Part shown: piece after piece, positions 9,055 through 19,249 of the stretch
Numbering within the stretch: position 1 is the first letter of the stretch
Layout of the letters: every line of letters begins with the position of its first letter
Source of the DNA: a virus
Lineage: Duplodnaviria > Caudoviricetes
IMG/VR virus record: IMGVR_UViG_3300044723_000506
Location: 1-36,563 of that record
DNA length: 36,563 nt
Reading direction: 5' to 3' (one strand)
Position numbers and translations under genes: made by a program
Notes under the pieces: model-generated
What the model saw: the letters and a program-made list of their open reading frames with translations, nothing else
Databases searched by the model: none
What the model was told of the DNA's origin: nothing

Positions 9055-11076
9055 ATGGCTACAACAATTGTAACTAAAAACGGCTCAGGTGCTCCCACAG
9101 CCTCCGATTTGGTAGCTGGAGAGCTTGCCGTAGACTTAACTAATGGACGTTTGTACACTGAAAACTCAGGTGGTACTGTTCTTGAACTAGGTTTAAACCC
9201 TAGTGGCAATGTGAATGTCACGGGCACCGTCACGGCAAGTAGTACGCTTACAGCTCAAAAACTGGTTTCCACAAATGGCGTTTTGGAGCTGGACGATAAT
9301 GGGAGTCATAACGGCGTCATCAACTCGCCTGCCAGCTTGTTCATAAATATAGATTCAGACGGTACCAATACTGGCGAAGACTTCGTTATAGGTAAAGACC
9401 GAACTGGGACTTCAGGTGGTACTGAGTTATTTAGAGTGCAGGAAGATGGCTCAGTGGGAATCGGGACGGCTTCGCCAGCGGCTTTGATTCACGGCATGTC
9501 TGGTGATTTATTTCTAACAGCCAACAGCACAGCAGCCGACTCTGGTCAGGGTGTGTTTTTCCAAAGCACAACAAGTGGGTGGGCAACTTCGGCTGCACAC
9601 GCAGCGATTTACGGAAAGCGCACAGATGCTTCCAATGGCTATTTACGGTTTGATACTAGGCAGTCAGGTACTACTCAAGAAGCCATGCGCATAGACAGCG
9701 CAGGCAATGTTGATTTATACCAAGGCAACAATCTTACGTGGAGATTTGCGGCTGGTAGCACTATTCGTGGAAGTATAAGTGTTGATAGCGCAGACAATAT
9801 TACTTTTAGCAATACATCTAGCAACACAGAACGCATGCGCATCGATTCCTCGGGCAACGTGGGAATCGGGGTGGTTCCTAGTGCCGACTCGTTTTTTAAA
9901 TCACTGGAAATCGGAAACACTGGCTCTGGTATAACAGGTCGTGGCGCAGCAGATACCCATTTTATGAGTGGGTTGATTTGGGACGGAACTTCAACTCAAG
10001 AATATACGGTTAGCTCTGTTGCAGTAGGTAAGTATCAAATAACCAACGGCATACACTCTTGGGCTACTGCTCCAGCAGGTACAGCAGGAACCGCTGCTAC
10101 GCCTCAAACCAATATGACGCTGGATACGTCGGGCAATTTAGGAATCGGGACGAGTACGCCTAGTGCTGAAATCCCACTAACCGCTTTTTACAGTTCAACT
10201 AGCCAAATGCACTTAGGGGGGGCAGGAAACTTAGTTTCAAACAACACTTATTTTAATGGCAGTGCATGGGTAAATAGAAATGCAGCAGTTGGCGGCAGTG
10301 TAGTGCAGCTTGGTACCGACGGGTCATTTGCATTTAGACGCGCAGGAACAGGGGCAAGTCCTACATTAAGCTATTCTGCTGTCATCGATGCCTCGGGCAA
10401 TTTATTGGTGGGTAAGACTTCTGTTGGTTCTTCTTTTATAGGTTCTGAGTTAAATCCCACAGGATATGTCGTAACTTCATGCGTTAGTGATTTTTGTGGT
10501 TATTTTAATAGGACAACTACCGACGGAGGCATTCTTCAATTCCGCAAAGACAACGCAACCGTAGGTAGTATTGGTACTGATGGCGGAACCATATACTTTT
10601 CTGGTCCATCGGCGGGTGGTTTTAAAATAAGCTATTACAACGCGACTAATGCAACTATTTTTCCAGTAACTACTACTGGCGCTATTGCTGATGGTCTTCA
10701 TGATATAGGTTACTCCGCCTCTCGCTTCAGAGACATTTACGCCACCAACGGCACTATCCAAACCTCTGACCGTAACGAAAAGCAAGACATTGAAGCACTG
10801 TCTGACGCAGAGCAACGTGTCGCTGTAGCCGCTAAAGGCTTACTACGTAAGTTCCGCTGGAAGTCTTCAGTAGCAGAAAAAGGCGACGAAGCTCGTACAC
10901 ACTTTGGAATCATCGCTCAAGACCTACAGGCTGCTTTTGAAGCTGAAGGCTTAGACGCAGGTGACTACGCAATGTTTATTCACAGCACTTGGACAGACGA
11001 AGAAACTGGTGAAGAACGTAGCCGTATGGGCGTGCGTTATTCAGAACTTTTAGCCTTCATCATCGCAGCAATTTAA
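9055..11076 (+). CDS. Tail fibre/receptor-binding protein with C-terminal peptidase S74 chaperone
   Basis: APTASDLVAGELAVD N-domain; repeated MRIDSxGNVGIG units; TSDRNEKQDI, FGIIAQDL and GVRYSEL chaperone motifs. Confidence 0.88.
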   Translation: MATTIVTKNGSGAPTASDLVAGELAVDLTNGRLYTENSGGTVLELGLNPSGNVNVTGTVTASSTLTAQKLVSTNGVLELDDNGSHNGVINSPASLFINIDSDGTNTGEDFVIGKDRTGTSGGTELFRVQEDGSVGIGTASPAALIHGMSGDLFLTANSTAADSGQGVFFQSTTSGWATSAAHAAIYGKRTDASNGYLRFDTRQSGTTQEAMRIDSAGNVDLYQGNNLTWRFAAGSTIRGSISVDSADNITFSNTSSNTERMRIDSSGNVGIGVVPSADSFFKSLEIGNTGSGITGRGAADTHFMSGLIWDGTSTQEYTVSSVAVGKYQITNGIHSWATAPAGTAGTAATPQTNMTLDTSGNLGIGTSTPSAEIPLTAFYSSTSQMHLGGAGNLVSNNTYFNGSAWVNRNAAVGGSVVQLGTDGSFAFRRAGTGASPTLSYSAVIDASGNLLVGKTSVGSSFIGSELNPTGYVVTSCVSDFCGYFNRTTTDGGILQFRKDNATVGSIGTDGGTIYFSGPSAGGFKISYYNATNATIFPVTTTGAIADGLHDIGYSASRFRDIYATNGTIQTSDRNEKQDIEALSDAEQRVAVAAKGLLRKFRWKSSVAEKGDEARTHFGIIAQDLQAAFEAEGLDAGDYAMFIHSTWTDEETGEERSRMGVRYSELLAFIIAAI

Positions 11077-11088
11077 CAGGAGACAAAT

Positions 11089-11385
11089 ATGACAACTTGG
11101 ACAATCTCAACTTTAGAACGTGAACTCAGTGATGACGGCGTAGTCGTTGCCCACTGGCGAGCTACAGCAGTTGATGGTGACTTCTCAGCGACCAACTACG
11201 GCACTTGCGGGTTTACACCAGATCCGTCTAGCCCTGACTGGGTGGCTTATGATTCGATTACAGAGGACTTAACGCTGTCATGGTGCTTTGACTCAGGTGT
11301 TGACAAAGACGCCATAGAAGCGTCCTTAGCGGCTCAGATTGAGCTACAGAAGAACCCAACGCAAGCCACGGGAGTGCCTTGGTAA
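11089..11385 (+). CDS. Fibre-associated small protein
   Basis: AGGAG RBS; follows the fibre gene; ends GVPW. Confidence 0.7.
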   Translation: MTTWTISTLERELSDDGVVVAHWRATAVDGDFSATNYGTCGFTPDPSSPDWVAYDSITEDLTLSWCFDSGVDKDAIEASLAAQIELQKNPTQATGVPW

Positions 11386-11543
11386 TGCTAATACTAGACT
11401 ATATTAACGCCCTCACAGCCCTTGTAACGGCCTGTAGCGCCATTACAGCACTCACTCCTACTCCTAAAGACGACAAGATCATTGGTAAGTTGTACAAGTT
11501 TTTAGAAATTGGTGCATTGGTTATCGGAAAGGCTAAGAAGTAA
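11385..11543 (+). CDS. Small membrane protein (52 aa, not in ORF track)
   Basis: MLILDYINALTALVTACSAITALTPTPKDDKIIGKLYKFLEIGALVIGKAKK; TAATG coupling at both ends. Confidence 0.75.
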   Translation: MLILDYINALTALVTACSAITALTPTPKDDKIIGKLYKFLEIGALVIGKAKK

Positions 11544-11716
11544 TGCAAGAAGAAGCAAAAGCCGCAGTAGACGTAATAGCAGTAACAACTACGGTGTCAA
11601 CCCTTATGGGCTGGCTGCCTGCTGTGGCCGCTGCTTTAAGCATTATATGGACTATCATTAGAATTGTTGAGACAAACACAGTACAAAACTTAATCCATAA
11701 AAAGAAGGAACTATAA
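11543..11716 (+). CDS. Holin-like small membrane protein (57 aa, not in ORF track)
   Basis: MQEEAKAAVDVIAVTTTVSTLMGWLPAVAAALSIIWTIIRIVETNTVQNLIHKKKEL; two hydrophobic segments and a basic tail. Confidence 0.7.
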   Translation: MQEEAKAAVDVIAVTTTVSTLMGWLPAVAAALSIIWTIIRIVETNTVQNLIHKKKEL

Positions 11717-11717
11717 T

Positions 11718-11870
11718 GTGGAGTACATTGATCTTATTGGATCAATTTGGCCCATCTTTGTGGGCTTTATTGTGCTTGTCCTTACATTGGGTAGGCTAAT
11801 GTCTCGTATGGACGTGGTGGAAGAAAAGCTTAAAACTTTGTTTGACTTGTGGAACAAAAGGAATGATTGA
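11718..11870 (+). CDS. Single-TM plus coiled-coil small protein (50 aa, not in ORF track)
   Basis: AAGGA RBS, GTG start; MEYIDLIGSIWPIFVGFIVLVLTLGRLMSRMDVVEEKLKTLFDLWNKRND. Confidence 0.7.
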   Translation: MEYIDLIGSIWPIFVGFIVLVLTLGRLMSRMDVVEEKLKTLFDLWNKRND

Positions 11871-12255
11871 TAAGCTTATAGGGCCAGTCACAAGCTTGCT
11901 AGACAAGTTTATACCTGACGCTGACACTAAGGCCAAGTTGGCGCATGAAATTGCAACCATGTCGCAGAAATACGCGCAAGAAATTGCTAAGGCGCAGTTA
12001 GAGGTCAACAAAGTAGAAGCGGCTCACAAGTCACTTTTTGTTTCTGGATGGAGACCCGCAGTGGGTTGGGTGTGTGTCTTGGGTATGTTTGGTAACTTTA
12101 TTACGATTCCTTTTTCTAACTTTGTACTTGCTCTGTTTGGGTTAGACATTATGATACCTCTAGTTCCTCTTGAAACCATGATGCCTGTGTTGATGGGCAT
12201 GTTAGGGCTGGGCGCTATGCGAACGTACGAAAAGAAAGCAGGAGTGTCTAGGTAA
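11863..12255 (+). CDS. Holin, GTA-type 3TM family
   Basis: LDKFIPD, SLFVSGWRPAVGW and MLGLGAMRTYEK motifs. Likely start MIDKL at 11863. Confidence 0.85.
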   Translation: MIDKLIGPVTSLLDKFIPDADTKAKLAHEIATMSQKYAQEIAKAQLEVNKVEAAHKSLFVSGWRPAVGWVCVLGMFGNFITIPFSNFVLALFGLDIMIPLVPLETMMPVLMGMLGLGAMRTYEKKAGVSR

Positions 12256-14519
12256 TGGCTAAAAGATCAGCACCTACTAAAAGAACTATTAAAAGAGGTC
12301 AGGACACTTTAGTTGGAACTTCTAAAGGTGGTATGCTTGAAGTTTTAACGGAAGAAACTTCACAGGATTTACCAGCCACTCAAACAAGAAACATTAGAGT
12401 TGATGATCCTATGGGTTCTATAGGCAATGCGCCTAAAGCTTGGTGGGACGTAGCAGACCCTAAGGCTTTCTTTGGTGTACAGGGCGACCGTACAGACGAA
12501 CAGAAAAAGCGAGTACAACAGTTTAGACAGGAGTGGGGAAACGTAAGGGGCGCTGCCGCTGTCAATGGTTTAATAGACGGTACGTACACAGCGGATCAAC
12601 TAATTCAAAACTGGGGTGCTCAAAACTTAGCTTCAACTATTAAAGCCGATACCTACAGTTTAGGAGAGTTTACTGAAGGAAGTGATTTCGGTTCTTATTT
12701 AGCATCAGAATGGGAAAACCTTAAGGAGTGGTATGGCGATAAGGACGTAGGTTTAGGAGATATATCTCTTGCTCCTTTACAGGGCTTAGGAGGGTCTAAA
12801 GGTAACGAAAGAGGTGTTTCCGTAACTTCAAACCGTTTAGTTCAATCACAATATTCAAGTGCTTTACAGGCTGCTGCTGCACAAGCTGGCGTACCTATAA
12901 GCGTTATTTCTCCCGATGGCGCACAGTATGAGCTTAATATAGGACAGTTTGATGACGTTCCTTTAGGAGGATATAAGCAAACTGTAGAACCTTTCACTAC
13001 TCTTGATAAAGTTGGAATGATCATGGGTTCTGTTATTAAGGCAGTTTTAATAGCGGGTGTTACGGGAGAAATAACTGGGGCTCTTAACGCGTTAGCGGGT
13101 GGAGTTCAGGGCGCAGGTGGTACGGTACAGACAGCTAATGGAGTAATGACATTTTCAGATGTTGCTGCTACGGCGGATCAAACCAAAGACTTGTTAGATA
13201 CAGCTTCAGACATAATATCTATTTATCAAGATGTTTCAGCGGTTGCCTCAGAAATTGAAACAGCTACTGATTTAATATCTGAAGTAGCGGGTACAATAGA
13301 TCCTGACAAAGAAGTACCAGAAGACGTAATAACAGAGGAAGTAGTCCCGTTAGAAGCAGACCCAGACTTAATGGGTACTGTGACTACTGAAGAGTTAGGT
13401 ACAGGAGAAGTGTTTGGTGCAGAGGATTTAGTACCAGAAACTATAGTTGACGAAGTAGTAATTGACGAAATACCTGTAGAAATAACAGAACCTGAAGTAG
13501 ACATAGAAGTAGATCCTTTTCTCCCAGAACAACCCGTAGAGGCAGTTGATGAATCAGCGGCTGACGGTGGTGGTGGCGGTGAGGAAAGTGGAGGCGCTAG
13601 TACCGCCGGAGCTGGCACTACTGCTACTACTGGGGGAACTGATGCTGCTGGAGGTTCTGATGCTGCTGGAGGAGCTAACGGCGATCCTGTTATTACTAGG
13701 GACGTTGGGGCTGTTGATGATGATCCTTTACTAGTAAACGAAGGAGATATTGTAGGAAGACAGATTAAAGAAGCTTATGAAGCTGAAACTGATCCTGAGT
13801 TAAAAGAAGCTTTAAAAGAAGAGTTAATAGCTTGGTTAGAAGGTGGGGCTGTAGACCCCGAGATTATTCTTTCAACAGAGCAACCTCCTGAAAGTACTTT
13901 TGATCCTAGTGATAGTACCGGCGGAGACACTGGTGACTCTGGTGACTCTGGTGATGCAGGAGAAAGCGAAGACGATCCTTTCGGAGTTGGTGATTTACTA
14001 GATATTCCTATTGATACTTCAGAATCAGCAGAATCAACAGTCCCTACAGATGTAGATACTTCAGGTGGTGACGATGGCGTCACTGATGATGGCTTAGGTG
14101 GTGACGATGGTGTCACTGATGACGCAGGAGGCGCTGTAGACGGAGGTGGCGCTGGTACTGACGGAGACGGTGTAGACACTGGTGACGGCGGGGAAGCTGG
14201 TGGTGGCGACGATACTGGCGATGGAGACGGTGGTGGCTCTGGAGACGGAGATGGATCTGGCGACGGTGATGGCTCTGGGACAGGTACAGGTACTGGAGAA
14301 GGTGATGGGGATGGCGACGGTGATGGTGATGGTGACGGTGATGACGATGGTAGCGGCAGTGGGCGCTCTGGTGGTGGTATGTTAGGCGTTGGACAGCCCT
14401 ATATGGGAGGAGTTTCTTATCAGCTTCCCGGTTTTACAGGAATAGCTTATCAACCAAAAGACTACACTACTGAACTTGATCGAATCATTAATGAAAGTTT
14501 GTTTAAAGGAATGATCTAA
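12255..14519 (+). CDS. Large acidic protein with Gly/Asp repeats, function unknown
   Basis: 754 aa, coupled to both neighbours; E/D-rich middle and GDGDGS repeats. Confidence 0.8.
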   Translation: MAKRSAPTKRTIKRGQDTLVGTSKGGMLEVLTEETSQDLPATQTRNIRVDDPMGSIGNAPKAWWDVADPKAFFGVQGDRTDEQKKRVQQFRQEWGNVRGAAAVNGLIDGTYTADQLIQNWGAQNLASTIKADTYSLGEFTEGSDFGSYLASEWENLKEWYGDKDVGLGDISLAPLQGLGGSKGNERGVSVTSNRLVQSQYSSALQAAAAQAGVPISVISPDGAQYELNIGQFDDVPLGGYKQTVEPFTTLDKVGMIMGSVIKAVLIAGVTGEITGALNALAGGVQGAGGTVQTANGVMTFSDVAATADQTKDLLDTASDIISIYQDVSAVASEIETATDLISEVAGTIDPDKEVPEDVITEEVVPLEADPDLMGTVTTEELGTGEVFGAEDLVPETIVDEVVIDEIPVEITEPEVDIEVDPFLPEQPVEAVDESAADGGGGGEESGGASTAGAGTTATTGGTDAAGGSDAAGGANGDPVITRDVGAVDDDPLLVNEGDIVGRQIKEAYEAETDPELKEALKEELIAWLEGGAVDPEIILSTEQPPESTFDPSDSTGGDTGDSGDSGDAGESEDDPFGVGDLLDIPIDTSESAESTVPTDVDTSGGDDGVTDDGLGGDDGVTDDAGGAVDGGGAGTDGDGVDTGDGGEAGGGDDTGDGDGGGSGDGDGSGDGDGSGTGTGTGEGDGDGDGDGDGDGDDDGSGSGRSGGGMLGVGQPYMGGVSYQLPGFTGIAYQPKDYTTELDRIINESLFKGMI

Positions 14520-15166
14520 TGACTTATTTAGATTTAGTTAATAACGTGCTTAGGAGGATACGTGAAACAGAAGTAAGCTCTGTCCAAACTAATTCCTACA
14601 GCAAACTAATAGGCGACATCGTTAATGACGCTAAGGACCTTGTAGAAACTTCGTGGGACTGGTCTGCACTTAGGACTACCCTTACAATTACTACTGTTGC
14701 TGATGTGTTTAACTACTCTTTAACTGGTAGCCAGAATAACATCAAAGAGCTAAACGTGTTGAATGACACGTCTAATACTACTATGCAGTACCAGACTAAC
14801 AACTGGTTTGACTCACAGTTTCTTTTAGGCAACCCTGTCTCTGGTGCACCTTTGTACTACACGTACAACGGCGTTGATTCAGACGGAGACACGTTAATTG
14901 ATGTTTACCCAAAGCCAGACGGAGTTTACTCCTTACGTTTTAACTGTGCTTTACGTAATCCTAACTTAAGTGCTGACACAGACACGCTAAAAATACCTGC
15001 GATGCCTGTAGTGCATCTTGCTGTGGCCTTTGCTACACGTGAGCGTGGAGAAACAGGTGGTACTTCGACTCAAGAGTACTTCTCAATGGCTAACAAGTAC
15101 TTGTCCGATGCTATTGCTATGGACGCTGCTAGACATCCCGAAGAAACTATCTTCTACACGCCTTAA
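14519..15166 (+). CDS. Tail adaptor (tail tubular protein A-like)
   Basis: MTYLDLVNNVLRRIRE start, WDWSAL and VYPKPD motifs; size and position. Confidence 0.75.
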   Translation: MTYLDLVNNVLRRIRETEVSSVQTNSYSKLIGDIVNDAKDLVETSWDWSALRTTLTITTVADVFNYSLTGSQNNIKELNVLNDTSNTTMQYQTNNWFDSQFLLGNPVSGAPLYYTYNGVDSDGDTLIDVYPKPDGVYSLRFNCALRNPNLSADTDTLKIPAMPVVHLAVAFATRERGETGGTSTQEYFSMANKYLSDAIAMDAARHPEETIFYTP

Positions 15167-15175
15167 GGTACTTAT

Positions 15176-16723
15176 ATGGCACAAGAACTCAAAAGTATTA
15201 ATCTTGTAGCACCTGCGTTCAAAGGCATCAACACTGAGGACGCACCGTTAGCTCAGGACCCTTCTTTTGCTGAAACAGCAGACAACGCTGTTATTGACAA
15301 AAGGGGGCGTATTGCTGCACGTAAGGGCCACTTGGTCATCACAACTGATAAGACGCAGTTAGGCAGTGACTTCTTAAGTTCTATCAAGGAGTTCAGGGAC
15401 GACGCAGGCAACACCGAGATTTTCTCAGTAGGTAACAACAAGATTTTTAGCGGTACAACCACGTTAGTCGATGAGACTCCCGGTAGCTACACGATTACTG
15501 CTGATGATTGGAAGATGGTTAACTTTAACGACAGCATCTACTTTTTCCAGCGTGGTCATGAGCCTCTTATTTACAACAACATTGCTACTATTAATCCGGG
15601 AGGCACTAACGGAGACGTACTAAAACTAAGCACAGTCACAGGTGCAGCCGGTGTTACCTCTAGCATGTACGGGAATGAAGTCCTAGCAGCTTACGGTAGA
15701 CTCTGGACTGCTGACTTTGCTACGGATAAATCAACTGTTTATTGGTCTGATCTTTTGATTGGTCATGACTGGCTAGGCGGGACCTCTGGGTCCATTAACT
15801 TGTCTAAAGTATGGCCTGACGGTCATGACGAAGTTGTCGCACTAGCTGCTCATAATAATAAATTAATTATCTTTGGACAACGTAGTATCGTAGTTTATGA
15901 CGGTGCTGACGCTCCTGCTACTATGGCTCTGTCAGACACAGTAGTAGGTGTAGGCTGCGTAGGCAGAGACACTATACAACATACAGGTGTAGACGTAATC
16001 TTTTTGTCTCATACAGGCTTAAAGAGCTTCGGAAGAACAATCCAAGAAAAGTCCATGCCACTAAGCAGTTTATCCAGTACAATTACTACAGACATTGTTC
16101 AGGTACTCAGAGAAGCAAATGAAGTCTTTAAGTCTGTGTACCACCCAGAAGAAAACTTCTACTTGCTTACTTTCGTAAACCAAAACATTACCTATTGTTT
16201 TGACGTAAGAGGAACATTAGAAAATGGGGCGTACAGAGTTACACGCTGGCCCGGAACTGGTTTTACTTGCTATGAACGAAAGAGTGAAGGTACTTTGCTC
16301 ATAGGAAGTTTACAAGGAATTGGGCAGTACTCAGGGTATCTAGACAACGGGAGTTCGTACAGTTTTAAGTACTTTAGCCCTGAGTTGTCTTTTGGTGATC
16401 CTTCTAAGCTTAAGTTTTTAAAGAAAATTAGACCGACGATAGTAGGTGGAAGTAGTTTAGACATTTTACTAAAGTGGGACTATGACTTTGGATCTGCTTA
16501 CAACACAAGCGTAATCACTTTAAAAGATCAAGCAATAGCTGAGTTTAATGTAGACGAATACACAGTAGGTCAGTTTTCTGACGGGATTTTAACGTCTAAA
16601 GAAGCTGTAAACACTAACGGCAGTGGTGGAACTTTAACTATTGGCATGGAAACTAGCATTAGTGGAAACGAACTGTCTTTACAGGAAATCAACGTACTTG
16701 CACTGGTAGGTAAAACAATATGA
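15176..16723 (+). CDS. Tail nozzle/stabilisation protein (beta-propeller)
   Basis: FKGINT..DNAVID..GRIAARKG start; beta-rich 515 aa after the adaptor gene. Confidence 0.75.
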   Translation: MAQELKSINLVAPAFKGINTEDAPLAQDPSFAETADNAVIDKRGRIAARKGHLVITTDKTQLGSDFLSSIKEFRDDAGNTEIFSVGNNKIFSGTTTLVDETPGSYTITADDWKMVNFNDSIYFFQRGHEPLIYNNIATINPGGTNGDVLKLSTVTGAAGVTSSMYGNEVLAAYGRLWTADFATDKSTVYWSDLLIGHDWLGGTSGSINLSKVWPDGHDEVVALAAHNNKLIIFGQRSIVVYDGADAPATMALSDTVVGVGCVGRDTIQHTGVDVIFLSHTGLKSFGRTIQEKSMPLSSLSSTITTDIVQVLREANEVFKSVYHPEENFYLLTFVNQNITYCFDVRGTLENGAYRVTRWPGTGFTCYERKSEGTLLIGSLQGIGQYSGYLDNGSSYSFKYFSPELSFGDPSKLKFLKKIRPTIVGGSSLDILLKWDYDFGSAYNTSVITLKDQAIAEFNVDEYTVGQFSDGILTSKEAVNTNGSGGTLTIGMETSISGNELSLQEINVLALVGKTI

Positions 16724-16953
16724 GCAACTATACTAAACTAACGGATTTTGCCGCCAAAGATAATCTGTCTTCGGGAGATCCTAATAAAATCGTTAAAGGA
16801 ACTGAGTTTGAAACTGAGTTCGACAACATTGCAACGGCAATAGCTACAAAAGCAAACACTGCTAGTCCTACGTTCACAGGGACTGTCACAATTCCCGCGC
16901 TGACCTTTACTGGGACACTGGCAACTGGGACGATTAATGGAGGGACTTACTAA
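16720..16953 (+). CDS. Short tail-fibre anchor-like protein
   Basis: EFDNIATAIATKA helix, SPTFTGT fibre motif, C-terminal GGTY. Confidence 0.7.
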   Translation: MSNYTKLTDFAAKDNLSSGDPNKIVKGTEFETEFDNIATAIATKANTASPTFTGTVTIPALTFTGTLATGTINGGTY

Positions 16954-17993
16954 TGGGCTGGTTTGAAGATTGGATAAAAGGCGGCGATGCTGTTTCTGAT
17001 ATTGGAGGCGGGGCATTAGGAGCTGCTGGATTAGCCTTTGCTAAAAAAGGGTACGAAGACGTAGGAGCAGTCGGCGAACGTGCTTTTTCTGAGTTTGCAG
17101 GAGAAGGTGGTCTAGCAGATAAACTCTCGGGTATGATGGAGTTTCAACCGTACACCGTTACTTCTGCTACTGGTGGTCAGTTCGGCATGTCAAGGGACCC
17201 AGTGACGGGTCAAATGTCGTACAACCTCGCTACTTCTCCTGAAGAACAAGCATACCAACAATCTTTGTTTGGTGGTGCAAGTCAGTTAGCTCAACAAGCT
17301 ACCGCCCCTTATGACCCTCGGTACGAAGAACTAGCTAATCAAGCTTACGGGGGTGTAGGTGCTTTAATGACACAAGCACAGAAAGCAGCTATAGACGCTG
17401 GGTCTATGGACAGAGGTGCTAGAGAAGATCAAGTTTATGAACAACTTAGGGCCTTACAGTCCCCTGAAGAAGAACGTCAGCGTTTAGCTTTAGAACAACG
17501 TATGGCTGCTCAGGGACGCACAGGCGTACGTACGGCACAGTTTGGTGGTACTCCAGAGCAATTAGCAATGGCTAAGGCTCAGTCGGAGGCTCTGAATCAA
17601 GCGTCCCTTATGGCTATGCAACAGTCAGGCGCTGAACAACAACAAGCACTACAAAGAGCTGCTAGTTTACAAGGTTTAACTTCTGGTATGTTTGGTATGG
17701 GTACGCAAGCTAGAGCGACCCCTAGAGAACTACAATCGATGGACCTGCGAAATATGCAAGGAATGATGACTGCTGGCTACGTGCCACAAGCTCAGTTGCT
17801 CAATGCGTTACAACCCGGAATGACCACAGCAGAACGTCAGAGACAAGCATTGTCAGAGCAAGCAGGAGCGTACGGTGAAACTTACGCTACGGGTCTTGAG
17901 GCATTGCTTCAGTCTGCACTGGCACAAGCTAACATTTCCGGTGGAGTAGGTGGTCAACTAGGTTCAGCAGCACTTGGTGGCTTGTTTAAATAA
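16953..17993 (+). CDS. Internal virion/ejection protein (putative)
   Basis: Q/A/G-rich helical protein with Gly-rich hydrophobic ends, positioned after the tail genes. Confidence 0.65.
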   Translation: MGWFEDWIKGGDAVSDIGGGALGAAGLAFAKKGYEDVGAVGERAFSEFAGEGGLADKLSGMMEFQPYTVTSATGGQFGMSRDPVTGQMSYNLATSPEEQAYQQSLFGGASQLAQQATAPYDPRYEELANQAYGGVGALMTQAQKAAIDAGSMDRGAREDQVYEQLRALQSPEEERQRLALEQRMAAQGRTGVRTAQFGGTPEQLAMAKAQSEALNQASLMAMQQSGAEQQQALQRAASLQGLTSGMFGMGTQARATPRELQSMDLRNMQGMMTAGYVPQAQLLNALQPGMTTAERQRQALSEQAGAYGETYATGLEALLQSALAQANISGGVGGQLGSAALGGLFK

Positions 17994-18005
17994 GGAAAAC
18001 ACGTA

Positions 18006-19247
18006 ATGGCTAAATTTTCACAACAGTTCTTGGCTAACTTAGGTAGGCCACAAATGGCAGAAAGCTTGTTTGGCTTGGGTGCTGCTATTGGTGGTATTCC
18101 GGGTCAAATGAAAGACCAACGAAAGCAGCAAGAGTTTAACCAGTTGATGCAACAGATACAGGGCGCACAAGGCTCTGGAGACTTCGCAAGTATGAAGATC
18201 TTGGCGCAACAGTTAGCTGTTAGGAACCCACAAGAAGCTGCTAAGGTGATGCAGGCTGCTATTGCTGGTGAAAAACAACAACAACAAGCTCAAGAAAAAA
18301 CACAAGAAACCAGAGCTGGCGCACAAATGCTAATGACTGAACTACAAGACTATGCTAATAATCCTTCTCTCCCTGCTTCGGTTAGAACAGAAGCTTCTAA
18401 TTTATTAAAAGCGGCTGCTCAAGCAGGAGACAGGGCAGGACTATTGGAGCCTCGTGTTCAGCAACTAAGAACTCGTTTAAATGAAACTGCTAAACCTGTG
18501 TCTCTTTCTGCGGGAGGAGCTTTAGTTTCTCCTACAGGTGAAGTTTTATATGAACGTCCTTTTAAACCTACTGCTGCTGCAAAACCTAAAATCAATATTA
18601 TAAGACCAACAAAAGATGATCCTAATATTCGAGTATTTGAAGACGGTAAACTTACTCAAACTGTTCCTACTAAACCTGAAGGTAAAACACTAGAACAAAT
18701 AGAAATGGATAATGATCGAATTTCTCAAATCGTAAGAATTAAAGGTGACATTTCAGAACTTATGAAAGAAGAAGGTCGATACACCGACTGGACTGCTTCT
18801 GGAGTTTTAGGACAACTCTTGGGTAATTTTTGGGGAGGCTCAACAGCATACGATAGAAAAAGTTTAATGGACTCTGTTAAGGCTAGTTTAGGTCTTGAAG
18901 CAATTCAGGCTTTAAAAGAAGCTTCAAAACAGGGAGCTACTGGTTTAGGACAAGTCTCTAATTTAGAACTTAGAGCTTTGCAGTCAGAAATTGCTACTTT
19001 AGAAATAGGCCAGTCAGAACAAGCTCAGTTAGACTCATTAACTAAAGTTTTTAACCACTTAGATAGAATACAGCAAATTGCTTCTGGAATAGTCCCTACC
19101 GAAGCTATTGATTGGAACAGTCCTGAGTACAAAGCCGCAGGATACGGAAAAGACGTAGAAACAGGAGTAATCATGTATGCGCCTCAGGGTAGAAACGGAC
19201 CTGCATATAAGCTTGTAGACGGATCATTCAAAAAACTGGACATTTAA
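18006..19247 (+). CDS. Internal virion/ejection protein (putative)
   Basis: Helical Q-rich N-terminus; GATGLGQVSNLE motif. Confidence 0.65.
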   Translation: MAKFSQQFLANLGRPQMAESLFGLGAAIGGIPGQMKDQRKQQEFNQLMQQIQGAQGSGDFASMKILAQQLAVRNPQEAAKVMQAAIAGEKQQQQAQEKTQETRAGAQMLMTELQDYANNPSLPASVRTEASNLLKAAAQAGDRAGLLEPRVQQLRTRLNETAKPVSLSAGGALVSPTGEVLYERPFKPTAAAKPKINIIRPTKDDPNIRVFEDGKLTQTVPTKPEGKTLEQIEMDNDRISQIVRIKGDISELMKEEGRYTDWTASGVLGQLLGNFWGGSTAYDRKSLMDSVKASLGLEAIQALKEASKQGATGLGQVSNLELRALQSEIATLEIGQSEQAQLDSLTKVFNHLDRIQQIASGIVPTEAIDWNSPEYKAAGYGKDVETGVIMYAPQGRNGPAYKLVDGSFKKLDI

Positions 19248-19249
19248 AG

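Noticed and set aside
9055-11076. Diversity-generating retroelement target
   Set aside because: No reverse transcriptase or template repeat is visible, and the C-terminus is an S74 chaperone.
11716-11799. 27-aa ATG ORF MWSTLILLD...
   Set aside because: The GTG frame at 11718 gives a better TM plus coiled-coil protein that fills the gap to the holin.
13226-14179. Ser/Pro-rich antisense ORFs
   Set aside because: Reverse complement of Gly/Asp/Glu codons in the acidic protein.
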